From Callorhinchus milii (Eukaryota), in NCBI RefSeq assembly GCF_018977255.1, contig NW_024704742.1, positions 17,858,001-17,922,000 on the forward strand: a DNA stretch of 64,000 bases, written 5' to 3'. The notes under the pieces are model-generated. The model saw only the letters and a list, made by a program, of their open reading frames with translations. It was not told where the DNA came from and did no database searches. Numbering within the stretch: position 1 is the stretch's first letter; each line of letters starts with the position of its first letter. Made by a program: the position numbers and the translations under genes. Below, one piece after another: positions 40,793 through 52,850 of the stretch.

Positions 40793-41110
40793 AATAATAA
40801 TAATAATCCTTGCATTTGATATAGCGCTTTTCACGTCGGGAGGACGTCCCAAAGCGCTTCACAGAACACACTGTAAAGTGAATTGACTGTAATTGACTGT
40901 GGGCAAACGCGGCAGCCAATTGCGCACAGCAATGTCCCACAAACAGTCGTAGATTGAAAATGACCAATTTATTATTGTTTTTTGGAAGGATTATTATTAG
41001 GCTCTGTGTGGAGTAAGGAAACTTGCCCAAGGTTTCGCCCTCTGCCTGGAATTGAACTCAGGTCTCTCACTTGCAAAGCGAGTGCTCTAACCACTGAGCT
41101 ACAGGACTCC
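40793..41110 (-). mobile_element. Full-length young SINE: tRNA-Ala(TGC)-like head, L2-derived tail, (TTA)n end
   Basis: Minus strand GGAGTCCTGTAGCTCAGTGGTTAGAGCACTCGCTTTGCAAGTGAGAGACCTGAGTTCAATTCC (A box, TGC loop, B box). Tail gggacgtcctcccgacgtgaaaagcgctata is shared with the L2 3' ends in this window. Confidence 0.92.
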
Positions 41111-41682
41111 TCAAATTATTATGTTGATAATTAATTAATTCTGTATGGATTAGTCTATCAACACAGGAGAAAGCTTTGGGAACCTTAGATCCAAAGTTGC
41201 CTAGTTCTTCCAAGCATACTACACTGACTATATGTCATGCATCAAATTACTCAGACACTGTATCCCCAAATAATATTTTCTAAACGAAATCTAGCTCATT
41301 TGCATTTGAATGAATTGACACTCTCTGCTTCTACTGTCTGTCTCCCTAGGGAGCCTGTGCTGAAATGACAGGGGGGAAAAAAAATTCCTAAAAGGACAGG
41401 GGAAAAAAAAATGACAAACTGAGGCATTGAATACGTTGGAATCTGTTCACGTTACCTGTGGATAAATATTCGGGTTATATCGTTTAATTGCGACATAGAA
41501 CGTGATCTCGATTGGCTTGAACAACCTGGACAAGAATGGCCAGCTGTCCGCTCGCAGCCTTATCCATTACACGCATGGGATCAATCACAACAGTCACTCC
41601 CTTGGGAGAGCCATTGCTCGCAACCGCACAAGGACCACCTTTGTACAATCGATCTTCGGTTATCTTCGTGCTATATATCTTT

Positions 41683-41722
41683 TCTTTCTCTCTCTCTCTC
41701 GCTCTCTCTCTCTCTTTCTCTC
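41683..41722. repeat. (CT)n microsatellite
   Basis: ctttctctctctctctcgctctctctctctttctctct. Confidence 0.9.
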
Positions 41723-42532
41723 TGCTGTTGGAAACAATGCACATTGCACATTACAACGATCAAAGAGGGCTCGTGTCAGTGACCGAGTGCCAAACGCAAA
41801 AGCGATTTGCATTTATTGACGGGCTACCCAGACGAGGAGCAGCAGAGGGGGTTGGCACATGCATACGTGCAAGGGATGGCTCGGGACGGTCCTGGACTGC
41901 AATCGACACTCTCGCTGACCAGAACGAAATGCCCTTTGACAGAGAATCTGTGCTGTGGTGTTTTAAAGTGCCCTCCAGGCAGGTGATTTCCTCTATCCCC
42001 TGGGTAACCCTCTTGCATGTGTGTGTGACTAGAATACACAATAAACAGCCCTCAGATTGAATCTCTACATCACTACCTTCCCAAACAATAAATCACAGAC
42101 CCTCCCTTTTTTAAAAAAAAAGCTTTTGTTTGGCTTCCCTTACGCCCAAATGTACCAGTGTAACAGCTCATGCAATGAACAGCAGTGCAACTTGAACAGG
42201 AACTCGTGCATTGAACCCAAAACCAACACTGGGGGGAAAAAAAAACACCCACTTTGAAACTCGACACTGACATTTTCTTAAAATTGCATTTTTTTTTGAA
42301 AAAAAAGATTTTCCACCCACACTGATTTCCTTTTTTGGGGGGGGGGAGGGGAAGGGAGGGGAGGAGGAGGAGGAGAGGAGGGGGGTGGGAGGTGAGGGGG
42401 TGGGAAAGAAAGCAGCATCGTTTGGGAGTTGCAAAAGAGCAGGAAAAACGACTAAAAAAAGATGTTCACGGAAAGTTAGTCACTGGAGTGAGTAAAAAAA
42501 CCTCACATTTCGAAATCTCCTCCTGACTCGTA

Positions 42533-42760
42533 ACACACACACACATACACACAGACACAAACACACACACACATACACACACACAGACAGACACACACAC
42601 ACACAGACACACACACACACAGACACACAAATACAAACACACAGACACACACACACACACAAACACAAACACACAGACACACACACCACAGACACACACA
42701 CACACAGACACACACCAGAGACACACAGACACACACACAGACACACACACACACACGCAC
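42533..42760. repeat. Imperfect (CA)n microsatellite
   Basis: Directly visible CA repeats with GA/AA/TA interruptions. Confidence 0.95.
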
Positions 42761-42881
42761 CGGAAAAAAAAGTCTGGTTTTACTGTTATTCCCGGCGTTG
42801 GATGAAATTTAAGTCACCCCTTTCCCACTCAAAACTTGCTCCCCCCTCGCTGTCTTTTTCACGAGCAGTTAAAAAAAAAGA

Positions 42882-43635
42882 CCCCCTCCCACCCCCTCCC
42901 TCACCCCAACACCCCCTCACCCCCTCCCTCACCCCAACACCCCCCACCCAACACCCCTCACCCCAACACCCCCTCACCCCAACCCCCCTCACCCCCTCCC
43001 TCACCCCAACACCCCTCACCCCCTCCCTCACCCCACCCCTCCCTCACCCACCCCCTCCCTCACCCCAACACCCCTCACCCCTCCCTCACCCCAACACCCC
43101 TCACCCCCTCCCTCACCCCAACACCCCCTCACCCCCTCCCTCACCCCAACACCCCCACCCCACCCCCCTCACCCCAACACCCCCCCCTCACCCCCCCCCT
43201 CACCCCAACACCCCCTCACCCCAACACCCACCCCCTCACCCCACCCCCTCCCTCACCCCAACACCCCCTCACCCCAACACCAACCCCTCACCCCAACACC
43301 CCCCCTCACCCCAACACCCCCCTCACCCCAACACCTCAAAACCCCTCACCCCAACACCCCCTCCACCCCAACACCCCCACCCACCCCACCCCCTCACCCC
43401 CTCCCCCCCACCCCCTCACCCCACCCCCCCCTCACCCCACCCCCCTCACCCCAACACCCCCTCACCCCAACCCCTCCCCCCTCACCCCAACACCCCCTCA
43501 CCCCAACACCCCACCCCCCCCCCCCTCACCCCCCCTCCCTCACCCCAACACCCCTCACCCACCCTCACCCCCACCACCCCTTCCCACCCCACCACCCCCT
43601 CACTCCCCACCCACCCCCCAACACCCACCACCCCT
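42882..43635. repeat. C-rich minisatellite (unit ~CCCTCACCCCAACACC)
   Basis: Dozens of degenerate CCCTCACCCCAACAC units with essentially no G on the + strand. Confidence 0.95.
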
Positions 43636-44455
43636 CCCGCACGCGTGAGCCAAGCGGCTCCTCGTCTCCACACACACACACACACTCTTCACTGCGTTTA
43701 TCATCCACGTGAAAACAACAGCACAACCCCTCCAGGAACCTGCCCGGCGGTGGCGGTGGCGGTGACCCACTCCGCTCCCCACCGGGACCTCACCATCCAC
43801 TCAACACAACGATGCTTTTTTTTTCCCCCCCAAGTCACCCCCCGCACAAAAAAAAACGTGGGGGTGGGGGGGGTGTGTGTGTGCGGGGGGGGAAGCAGCA
43901 GCGCTGTACCTGACCGGTCACGGCGCCTTACCTTTAATGCACCTTTCCATTTCCAGCTGTTTCTTGCGCTCCATGGCGCTCCGCCTGCGGTTCCCCTGCG
44001 GCGCCGAGAGCCACACCGTCTCCCCCCAGAAGGGGTATCGGGACACGATCCCCCCCTGGCGCTGCTGCCCCACAGCTCGGCTCAGCTGTCGGCGCGGCGC
44101 GGCGCGGCGCGATGATTGACAGCCGCGACCGCTCAATCCGCAGCGTCCCTCGGGCTCGGGGTCCCCGCCCGACCAGGCGAGGGGGGGGGGGGCGGCGCCA
44201 ATGCCGTCACAATGCCGGGCGGGGCCGTGTGAGTGACGTGTCCGCCTTCGCACCAGCCCCGGCCTCCTCGGCCCTGATTTGTTTGACGTCACCGGCAACC
44301 GCCGGCGGTCCCGCTCCAGGGCACGAGCGCACGCACGTGGTCCTGGTGGGTGGTGAGGGGGGAAATGGGAGGTTCTTCCCACTCGGTTCCTGGTAACTCT
44401 GTGAAAGCCAAAGCCACAAAGGTTACCATCGCCCGAATAATGATAATAACACTGC
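43630..44455 (-). promoter_or_regulatory. CpG island promoter
   Basis: Very GC- and CpG-rich against a CpG-poor background. GC boxes at 44163-44170 and 44217-44226, CCAAT at 44198-44202, TGACGTG at 44234-44240, perfect CRE TGACGTCA at 44284-44291, E-box CACGTG at 44334-44339. Confidence 0.85.
43932..43974 (-). CDS. First coding exon of an AFAP1-family adaptor (AFAP1 if the neighbour is ABLIM2): MERKKQLEMERCIK + 1 nt
   Basis: Minus strand gcgccATGG (strong Kozak), 43-nt frame ending AAAG|gtaagg (strong phase-1 donor), inside a CpG island. MERCIK resembles the recalled short phase-1 exon 1 of AFAP1L2 (MERYK|A). ABLIM genes lie in tandem upstream of AFAP1-family genes in vertebrates. Exon 2 was not found in the window. 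Confidence 0.65.
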
Positions 44456-45531
44456 CGGCCTTCCCCCGGGCTCTGTCCTCGCTCCCCTCCTCCTCAATAT
44501 CTATACACTCGCTCTTGGTACATCATTTGTCCGGCAGCAATGGAGTCATCCTACACGTGTTCTGTGAAGCGCGGATGAAACCCGCTATATCAATGCTACC
44601 ATGGGGTCAACCTCCTCTGCCTGACCCGAACTCTACCCCTCTGCCTCCATCCTCGACTCCAGGACCTCTGCTGCGCTGACAATGTCTGTCAGACATCAAG
44701 TCCTGGATGAGAGCTAACTTTCTACAGTTGAACGTCAACAAGACCGAGGCTCTCCTGATTGGCTCCTGTCAGCGCCTCCGCACCTCGGGCGCTGACAGCA
44801 TCACCGTCCGTGGTTACACACTACACCTTATTAAGCCAGTCCGGAACCTTGGGGTCTTGTTTGACCCTCAACTATCTTCTATACCACACGTCCGAGCCAT
44901 AACTTGCTCTGCCTTCCCCCACCTCTGCAACATCGACCAGCTCCGCCACTGTCTCACACCACAGGCCGCTGAAACCCTCATACACACATTCATAACATCA
45001 AGGCTCGACTGCAAACTCCCTGCTTGTCGGCCTCCCCAACTCCTCCATAGGCTGTAGATCATCCAGAACTCTGCAGCCCATGTCCTCTCCCGCACCAGAC
45101 AATGTTACCCTATTACCCCCATCCTTGTCTGACTCCACTGGCTTCCCATCACACAGTTCAAGATCCTGAGCTTCATCTTCAAAGCCCTCCATGGCCTCGC
45201 TCCCCCCTACCACCGCGACCTCCTAAATCCCTACCATCCTGCCCGCTCCCTGCGCTCTGCGGGCTCCAGACTGCTTCACGTCCCCCGCCTTGCCTACCCC
45301 ACCATTGGTGGGTAGGCCTTCTGTCACTCTGCCCACACCCTCTGGAACTCCATTCCACAATCCCTCCGCCTCACCTCATCCCTTGCCTCCTTCAAGACCC
45401 ATCTCAAGACCCTCCTCTTCGACTGTGCTTTCAATCACCCTGCTTCGCCCCCTGCCCTCCACACTCCCCAGTCTTTTGGGACGTACTCCCGATGTGAAAG
45501 GCGCTTTACAAATTTAATTTTGTTGTTGTTG
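44456..45531 (+). mobile_element. 5'-truncated L2-clade LINE
   Basis: WMRANFLQLNVNKTEALLIG...VRNLGVLFDPQLS...FITSRLD. Closely similar to the copy at 25890. (TTG)n tail. Confidence 0.93.
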
Positions 45532-45870
45532 TATTTGATATAGCTTAACACAGCATCGAAGACAACTCAAACACTTCACAGGATATACTGTGTATCTTGT
45601 GGGCGAAACCCGGCAACCAGTTCTATACAACAATGTGCCACAAACAGACATGGAATGAGTGACCAATTTTATTTTGAGGGATTGTTACCCAGGACACTGG
45701 GAGAAACTCCCTTCGCTTTTCAAATAGTGCCATGTGATCTTTCACCTGAACAAGCAGACGAAACATCAGTTTAGCATTTCATCCGAAGGACGGATTTTTC
45801 AACAATGCAATACATCCCCAGCGCTGCATTGAAGTATCTGAGAGAATGTTACCAGTGCGCCAGGCTGACA
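45532..45870 (-). mobile_element. Deu-domain SINE
   Basis: Same core as 60487-60870. Further copies at ~17483-17715, 18770-19160 and 24236-24630 (-), and at 16650-16895, 28070-28420, 46435-46630 and 56380-56690 (+). Confidence 0.75.
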
Positions 45871-46744
45871 TAAGCTGGACAAGCATCGAGAAAGGTTACC
45901 AGGCAGTGCTTTCAATATCAATCTATGGGGTTGGTTAGACCCCAGCAGAACTCCGACACACACTCTGGGGTCCACAAGCCTCTCAAATTAATCAAGATGT
46001 GTCCCTCTGGGGAGAGTGTACTAACACCTCAATATATTAGAATTGCCACATGTAGGTGAGATGCATGGAGCTCTCAGTCTGGTGTTTATTTTCTTAAGCA
46101 TAGTGATGGGCTTCCAGATGTTTGAGATGCCTGGCTGATCAAAAGATCAGAGTGTTAATGTGATGGAATGGCTCAACGCCAATGCCATAGAGTTTACGTG
46201 GAAAATAGTACCGTTAATTCTCAGTGGAAGTGCCAACTGATTCACTGACACTTGTACTGAGGACTTGAGCCAAAGATCCAGTGACCGAAGATGCTCACAT
46301 TGCTTGTAGTTTTATGGATACATATCTAGGTTTTTGAAAATTAAACTCTTCGTGAAGTAGAATAATGACCATGAACTTCAAAAGTGTGGTCCTAGTTCTT
46401 CCCTTTTCCCAAATGTCACCAACATTTCTAAACGTGCTCAGTTAGCTCAATTGGTGGCACTCTTGCCCTGGATCTGTCAGTTATGGGTCCCGAGATTTCA
46501 GTTCACTGTCTTGATTGACACTCCAGTGCCATAAAGGACTGTATTGTCAGATATGATTGCATTCAGATGCGATGTTAAATTGACGTATGTTCAGGTTGAG
46601 ATTAAGATCTCATGACACTATTAAAAAAGACTGTTAGGAACAAACAGTTCAGAAGCAAAAATGAAACTGTACAGTATCTCTTGGAAGGGGGCGATAGTTC
46701 AACATTTTCTGTAAGAGGCGATAAATGGACAATCTATAAAGCCC

Positions 46745-47125
46745 CATATAAGGAGGTTATAAAATTGAGGTTTTTAAAACAAAGGGATTCGATGGGGTAG
46801 ATACAGACAAACTATTTCCTCCGGTGGGGGAATCCGGAACAAGGTGGGGTAATCTTAAAATTAGAACTAGGACACTTTGGAGTGAAATTCAGAGGCAGTT
46901 TTTCACCCAAAGTGTAGTGGAAATCTGGAACTCTCTCCCCCAAAAGACTGTGGATGCTGGATCCATTCACATCTTCAAGCCTAAGCTGGATAGCCATTTG
47001 TTAAGTTGGGATATTAAGGATACGGGCAAGGGAGGGTAATTGAACTTCAGGTACAGATCAGCCATTGTCTTATAGGATGGTGGAACAGGCTCGAGGGGCT
47101 GAATGGCCCAGTCCTGTTTCCATGT
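46745..47125 (+). mobile_element. CR1-clade LINE 3' end
   Basis: RQFFTQSVVEIWNSLPQKTVDAGSIHIFK, with the same tail as 3190-3551. Confidence 0.9.
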
Positions 47126-50100
47126 CTGGATGAAAGAGAAATGGCTGACTTCAAAGCTGGAAACACTGTTCTCTTGAAATCAAACAAAAGGAACTTTATA
47201 GACTTCGGTGACCTTGTGGTTTACGATAATTATAATAAGAGCAGAGTTGTTCTTTTGCACAATGCCTCCTCTCACTTTTTCATTTGAAAAAGGGAGCTCC
47301 ATTTCCTAACACTAAGTATTTGGGCCTGATGCAATCAATGAATATCAATCACATTAACCTCTATACGTACCCAGCATTCCCAGGATTAGTAGTTTCATTT
47401 TAATTCATTAAAAAAAATCTATATTTAAAAAAAATAGCATCATTAATTTTCCTGACATTTCTCTGGACGAGCTGAAGCATTTAGTTTTCATTGTTTCGCT
47501 CTGTATTAAAAGTTACTTTCCTTTGCTGTTAGAATTCTTCGAAATGAACATTTTAAAATGGAGTCAAGGAGTTGCACATTCATCATTGGTTTAATTATAT
47601 TCAAAATCGTACTAAACTAGCAGAAAGCTAAATGCACGTCATTGAGTTCTTTACTGCTGTTTGAAAAGGCTTGAATTTTTTATACTTTTCTTTGAGGTAA
47701 ATAATTCACTTGAGTTTACAGCAACACCTCCTTTCTAAACACGGAAATCTCAGATCAACTGAAACGCATAGCTTATTTGGGCGTTCATTCTTTACCAATC
47801 AGAATTCTTCTTTATCCTTAGCTATAATCTAATCAATACCTTAACAGTTACTGTGATCGAGCGCAAGGACATTTGATTGAAAGTGACTGTAGGCTATTTT
47901 ACCTTTGATTAACTCATCAATGAGTTAATTTAGAATCACATTTAGAATATTGCTAATATTCTGTGATAATTATCAAATAGTTGCTAAGGTCAAGAAAGTT
48001 GATAGCTAAAAAAAGGTGAGTGTGACAAAATCCTACCCACTCCCTCACATTGAAATTGAAGTGATATCTTAACCCATCATAAGAGATAAACCCATTAATT
48101 GACACTCCAAATTGCTGCATTCCATGGAATGAAAGTGAGATTGCAAATATGGATTGCTTTGGGCTAAACCATTGATTCAGTGGCGAGGGATCACACCCAC
48201 AGATCAATCTTCAATTATTGTCTGTATTGGAGGCATTTATGAACAATGTAATACTATCACTGGTGATAATTAACACATTAAGTGCCACAATTTTCAACCC
48301 AATGTCAGCACTCTTGGACACAGTGCCCCAACAAGGACACTGATATTTAAGAAAGTTCAGAGAAAAAAGTATATTGCAATGATTCAGCTTCACTCCAAGC
48401 TATCAAGAGATACAGTTCTGAACATTTTGAGTTGGAGGAAAAGATTGAGAGAAAACGTAATGAAAATGTTGAGGGTATTTAAGTTGGACAGTGACATAGA
48501 ACTGAAGAATAAGAACATTAACAAGCTTCCAGCAGAATGGAGATAAGGAGGAATGTTTTCCCCACAGAGCAATAGATACTGTACATGGAACAGACTCCAG
48601 CAAAAGTTAAACCGGGGTCTATTAACTCCATCAAAAAGATCTGGAAGATATTTATTTAAGAATGTTATTAAGGGTTATACAAGTCTAAAAACAAAGATTG
48701 AGTGTTTTGGAAAACAGAATGCTTCCTGTACTGCTAGGAAACACGGAAATGTCATCTGTGAAACACAACTGGGCGGATAATGCAGATTTAAGGTTAGATT
48801 AATAACCTGGAGTTTCACTCGATTACCTTCTGCGATCAGAAAGAAATGTGGTGGACCTTTCACCCGCAAGACTGAAACATTTGGGATGAGTCTAGGATTG
48901 AGCAAATTGCCTGTGGAATAAATATGGTTTGATGAGCAAAATGGATTTTTCTTGTTCCACGCTTTTTATAATGTTTCTATAGCTGCAGTTAAAGAAATTT
49001 CTGGCTGAATCTGCTTATGGCGTTGTGCTCCAGAAATTCATTTATAATGCACACCTGCCAATAACACGGGATCTTTTGCTATTCCACTTATATGCAGAAT
49101 GATAATTCAATTTGAATGTGATTGTTAGGTTTTGTAAATACAGTATATGAACAAGCTGTATTTCTGAATGTTGTGTAACCAAAGTGATATTGCTTATCTA
49201 ACCCATGGTGCTGAATATGTACAAACTGTGCATCCAGACTTATTATGTAGCAGAATAATGTCCATCTGTTGAACATGCTGATTTTCTCATAAAGATATAA
49301 GTAAACAAAAAACAATCAGGGCTACTTGTGCCGTTTTTGTTTCCTTTTAGCGTACAATTGATCAAAGTGCAATTACTATTGTTTAATTTGATGCAACAAC
49401 AAACTAGTACATCTTAAGGTGGTCTTGCAGTCTTAATTTAGAAATTGAAATTCTGCCCTGGCAGGCATTTGCTTTCAGGTTTCTCCTAGGAGGCTAGTCT
49501 GCCAAACTCATCTGGGTAATCTTGGGAAGGGAGGGAGGTGGGAGCAGAGTGGGGTGGGAACTCCTTTGGGTCATTGAAAACCACCTTCAGATAATAGACA
49601 AAGCAACAGTTATCGTCATCACATGACGATGGTGGCATGGAATGTGGCAAAAGATAGATTTAAAAACACAGTAAGTTTTAAAGGTTAAAAAATGATGGTT
49701 ACATATTGTAACACAAATATGTATTTGAAAATTGATTGGCAAAAATAATTTTATAAATCCAGAATGTTTCGGTTTTTTATTGCTATTACTCGGCCTACAA
49801 GGAAAGCAAATGTGGGCATAGAATTAATCTTTTGAGGAATGGCTACTTCAATGTAATATTTTATTAAGAAGCATTGCAAATTTCCATTTTGTTTGGTTCA
49901 CTTCCGATAAACCAAAAAAGAGACCCAGGAAAGTCGAAGAGTTAATGGTTTATTAAATAATAAACAAGATAATTTATTGTGCAATTCAACAGAAAAGAAA
50001 CACAAACAATAAAATAGACCATGTTACAGCAGGTTATATTTTTAAAGACAAATGATAAGCGTCAGTGATCAAAGCTACAATTATAACTGGATTTGAGTAA

Positions 50101-52629
50101 AATGAACAACTAAATAACAATGTGTTGTACATAGATTCAAGGCTTTATATGTAGTTATTACAACTGAAGCAATAATTCATAACATCAACACCAGAACAAT
50201 ACTTTAAAGCACAGCCTCTCTTTTTTCAATTGATCCTGGTTAGTGTTATTTTAGTTTATACCAATTATAGCTATATAAGGCAACAGGCAATCTGTAACAC
50301 ACTGCCTTTACAAAAAGGAAAACTAAGGAAACTAAGAATGGGTAAATGTTTTATAACCACACACTGATGTAAAGTTTTCCACATCTTCTATCCCCATCAA
50401 ACTAGTCAGTGTGACATTGGTATGCTATACGTTGTGGTTGGTTCCACATGATTGGTGTCACTACCAACATCGGGCAGGTTTATGCATACATTTTAAATTA
50501 CAACACGTTAATAACATTAGACACATATACTGCTATTGACTTCAGCCACTAACTTTAGAAGTGTTAACAGCAAGTCGACCATACATTGGATACCGTTACA
50601 ACTTCCATGAAAATAAAAATAACCATAAACAATGGCTAAAGGGGGTCCATCATAAATAAGCTTATCGCCAAAACTGGTGTGTTTTTGTCACATATTTATG
50701 GCAGGAAATCCCATTATTAAGATTTAGAAACAAATCCCTACTTTTAGTGATTGGCAAAAAGTAGACCACAATGTTATCACTGAGTGGTATAACCATCACA
50801 TTGTGGCAGTCAGTAAATTACTGCCCTCCTCCCCCTTAGTGTTGTCAAACCTGGCCAACCTACTTCTACTTTGCTGTTGGCAAGTTTCTAAGTCTTGATG
50901 CAGGGATTTCTAAAGCTGAACTTGACTCACTGATACAAGTCAGTAGATGGTGGAACAATGTCACAGTATTTAAAGTCAAAACATACAAGAGGTTAAGGCT
51001 GACCCAACAATTGCTCTCAACACTCAGTCAGTCACCTCTGGAAGTGTCTCTAAATTCTTTTTCCATAAATATCACAAAAAGTTTGGTTTGCTTGAAAGAG
51101 AATAATATGCAGATACTATGTTTTATTTTCTGTTTGTGATTACATAAAGCCCACAAGCATTTAATATGCACAGCAGTGAATTTATGCCCTTTAAAGCTTT
51201 TTCTCTGCACTCCACCATAACTTGGTGTTTTTCCAGATTATCTTTGCTTACTCATTTATTATTATTTCACTGCCCTGATATCGCACAGAAATGGTGAATT
51301 ATGTGATGAATCAGTTGAATACGCACAGGGGATAATTATTCTACTCTGATTGTTTTCCTTGTTTATTTTTAATCGTTCTTGATTTTGATGTAATGGGAAG
51401 CACAGGATTTGTTAAGGCCATATATTTCTATTTTGTTTAAATTCCGGTTGTAAAGAGTGATGCCATTAGCCATAAGACTGCAGAGGTGACCTGCAGGAGT
51501 CTGTCTGGAAGGGCAGTGTTTGCATGTGCTCTCATGCCTCACTATGCAGTGGGTACTCTCCTCCCTGAGCCTCTGATCCAAACAATCTCTCAAATTCACC
51601 TGATTCTTCTGGGAAGGAACAGAAGTGAACACATTGCCATAGGGAAGGAAAGAAAGAAAGAATAATAGAGGACAAGTCACCCTGCATCACTCTCTCGCCT
51701 TGTGCACTACTCCCTAAGTACACTTCAGATTACATAGGTTTTAGAAAAGACTGATGGAATTATACATAGCTCAAAATATTGTTTGAATTACAAAGGTGCC
51801 ATAGCTATTGGCAAAGCATAGAATTATTTTCACACCTTCCGATATTTTCTACTTTATATTATGTATTTCAAAGAATGTTTTCCTTCTAATATAAAAAACA
51901 ATAGATAACAATAATTGCATTTGATATAGCACCATTCATGTGGGGATGACTCAAAGTGCTTCACAGGAATTACTGTAAATTCTAATGATTGTATTTTGTA
52001 GGTGGAGTAGATAATATGGGCATTGTGATTCTAGTTAGATTCTAGTTTAGTAATGTGAGGATCATTTCTGTTAAGATCTTTTCCTGGGTGTCGTATAATG
52101 GGTATTATGCACCTTTGATTCCTATGCAGAGTGCTTCCCAATAGTCTAGCAACAGGACCAAAATCCAGCGCTAAGCCATATAGACCAGAACATCACATGA
52201 ATTAGCTGCATGAGTAGTTGGGGTTTTACAATTGGGTTTTGCATTCCTTTGCTATGGAGAAGGAAACACTCAAGCCAGGGTTCTTCCTGCGCCTCTTCTC
52301 TATGGAAATTGCATGTGATGGTGTCAAATGAGAAAGGAATCGACATTTGCTGTTATGGCAATCAGTTTCACTGATTGATGTCACACATGTAGACTGGTCG
52401 CTTGTACAAAATGATGGAATGCTGAACCATGGAAATGCCCCTGGCAAGTGACAGCACGTTCAGCCCAGTCAAGTGTCTGTGGAACTGCTCCCAGCAAGAG
52501 ACAGCACTTCAGCTAGGATCTGTGGAACTTCCCCCAACACCTTCAGGTTGATGAGCAATTGGCAAAACAAGATTTTTCTTGTCTGCTTCATCCACATGCC
52601 ACAGTGACACAGTGTTTTAAAATTTTAAC

Positions 52630-52850
52630 TCACAATATGCAGTGCTGAATGTGATGTTTGACCTCACTGTCTTGTGAGTGGTATTGAGGGAAAGCCCAAT
52701 ATCTCCATAGAGGTCATAAAAAGTCTGATTAAGGATTGTCTTGTGACCATTCTTATATCCTCCTCCTTGCAGCTTGTGGAGAATTGTAATAGCAAGAGTT
52801 TACTAGAAGATCACCTGGCTGATTTGATTAAGGCCAGTCAGCTGAAGGAA
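52630..52850 (-). mobile_element. Possible highly decayed RTE-clade RT fragment
   Basis: One minus frame reads FYDLYGDIGLSLNTTHKT, resembling the post-YADD 'GLxLNxxKT' motif. A similar remnant (ECYSDIGLNCDLK) lies at ~63275-63520. Confidence 0.35.

Noticed and set aside
41040..41110. Apparent tRNA-Ala(TGC) gene, also at ~9346 and ~31330
   Set aside because: No properly paired acceptor stem, and always fused to the SINE body. These are SINE heads.
42466..42760. Cys/Val-rich ORFs
   Set aside because: Translation of a (TG)n microsatellite.
42802..44115. 437-aa proline-rich ORF and overlapping 270-aa ORF
   Set aside because: Artefact of a stop-free C-rich minisatellite running into the CpG island. 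No domain or splice evidence.
43918..44382. 154-aa minus-strand ORF across the CpG island
   Set aside because: Open because of high GC content. Only the Kozak-flanked 43974-43932 part has support.
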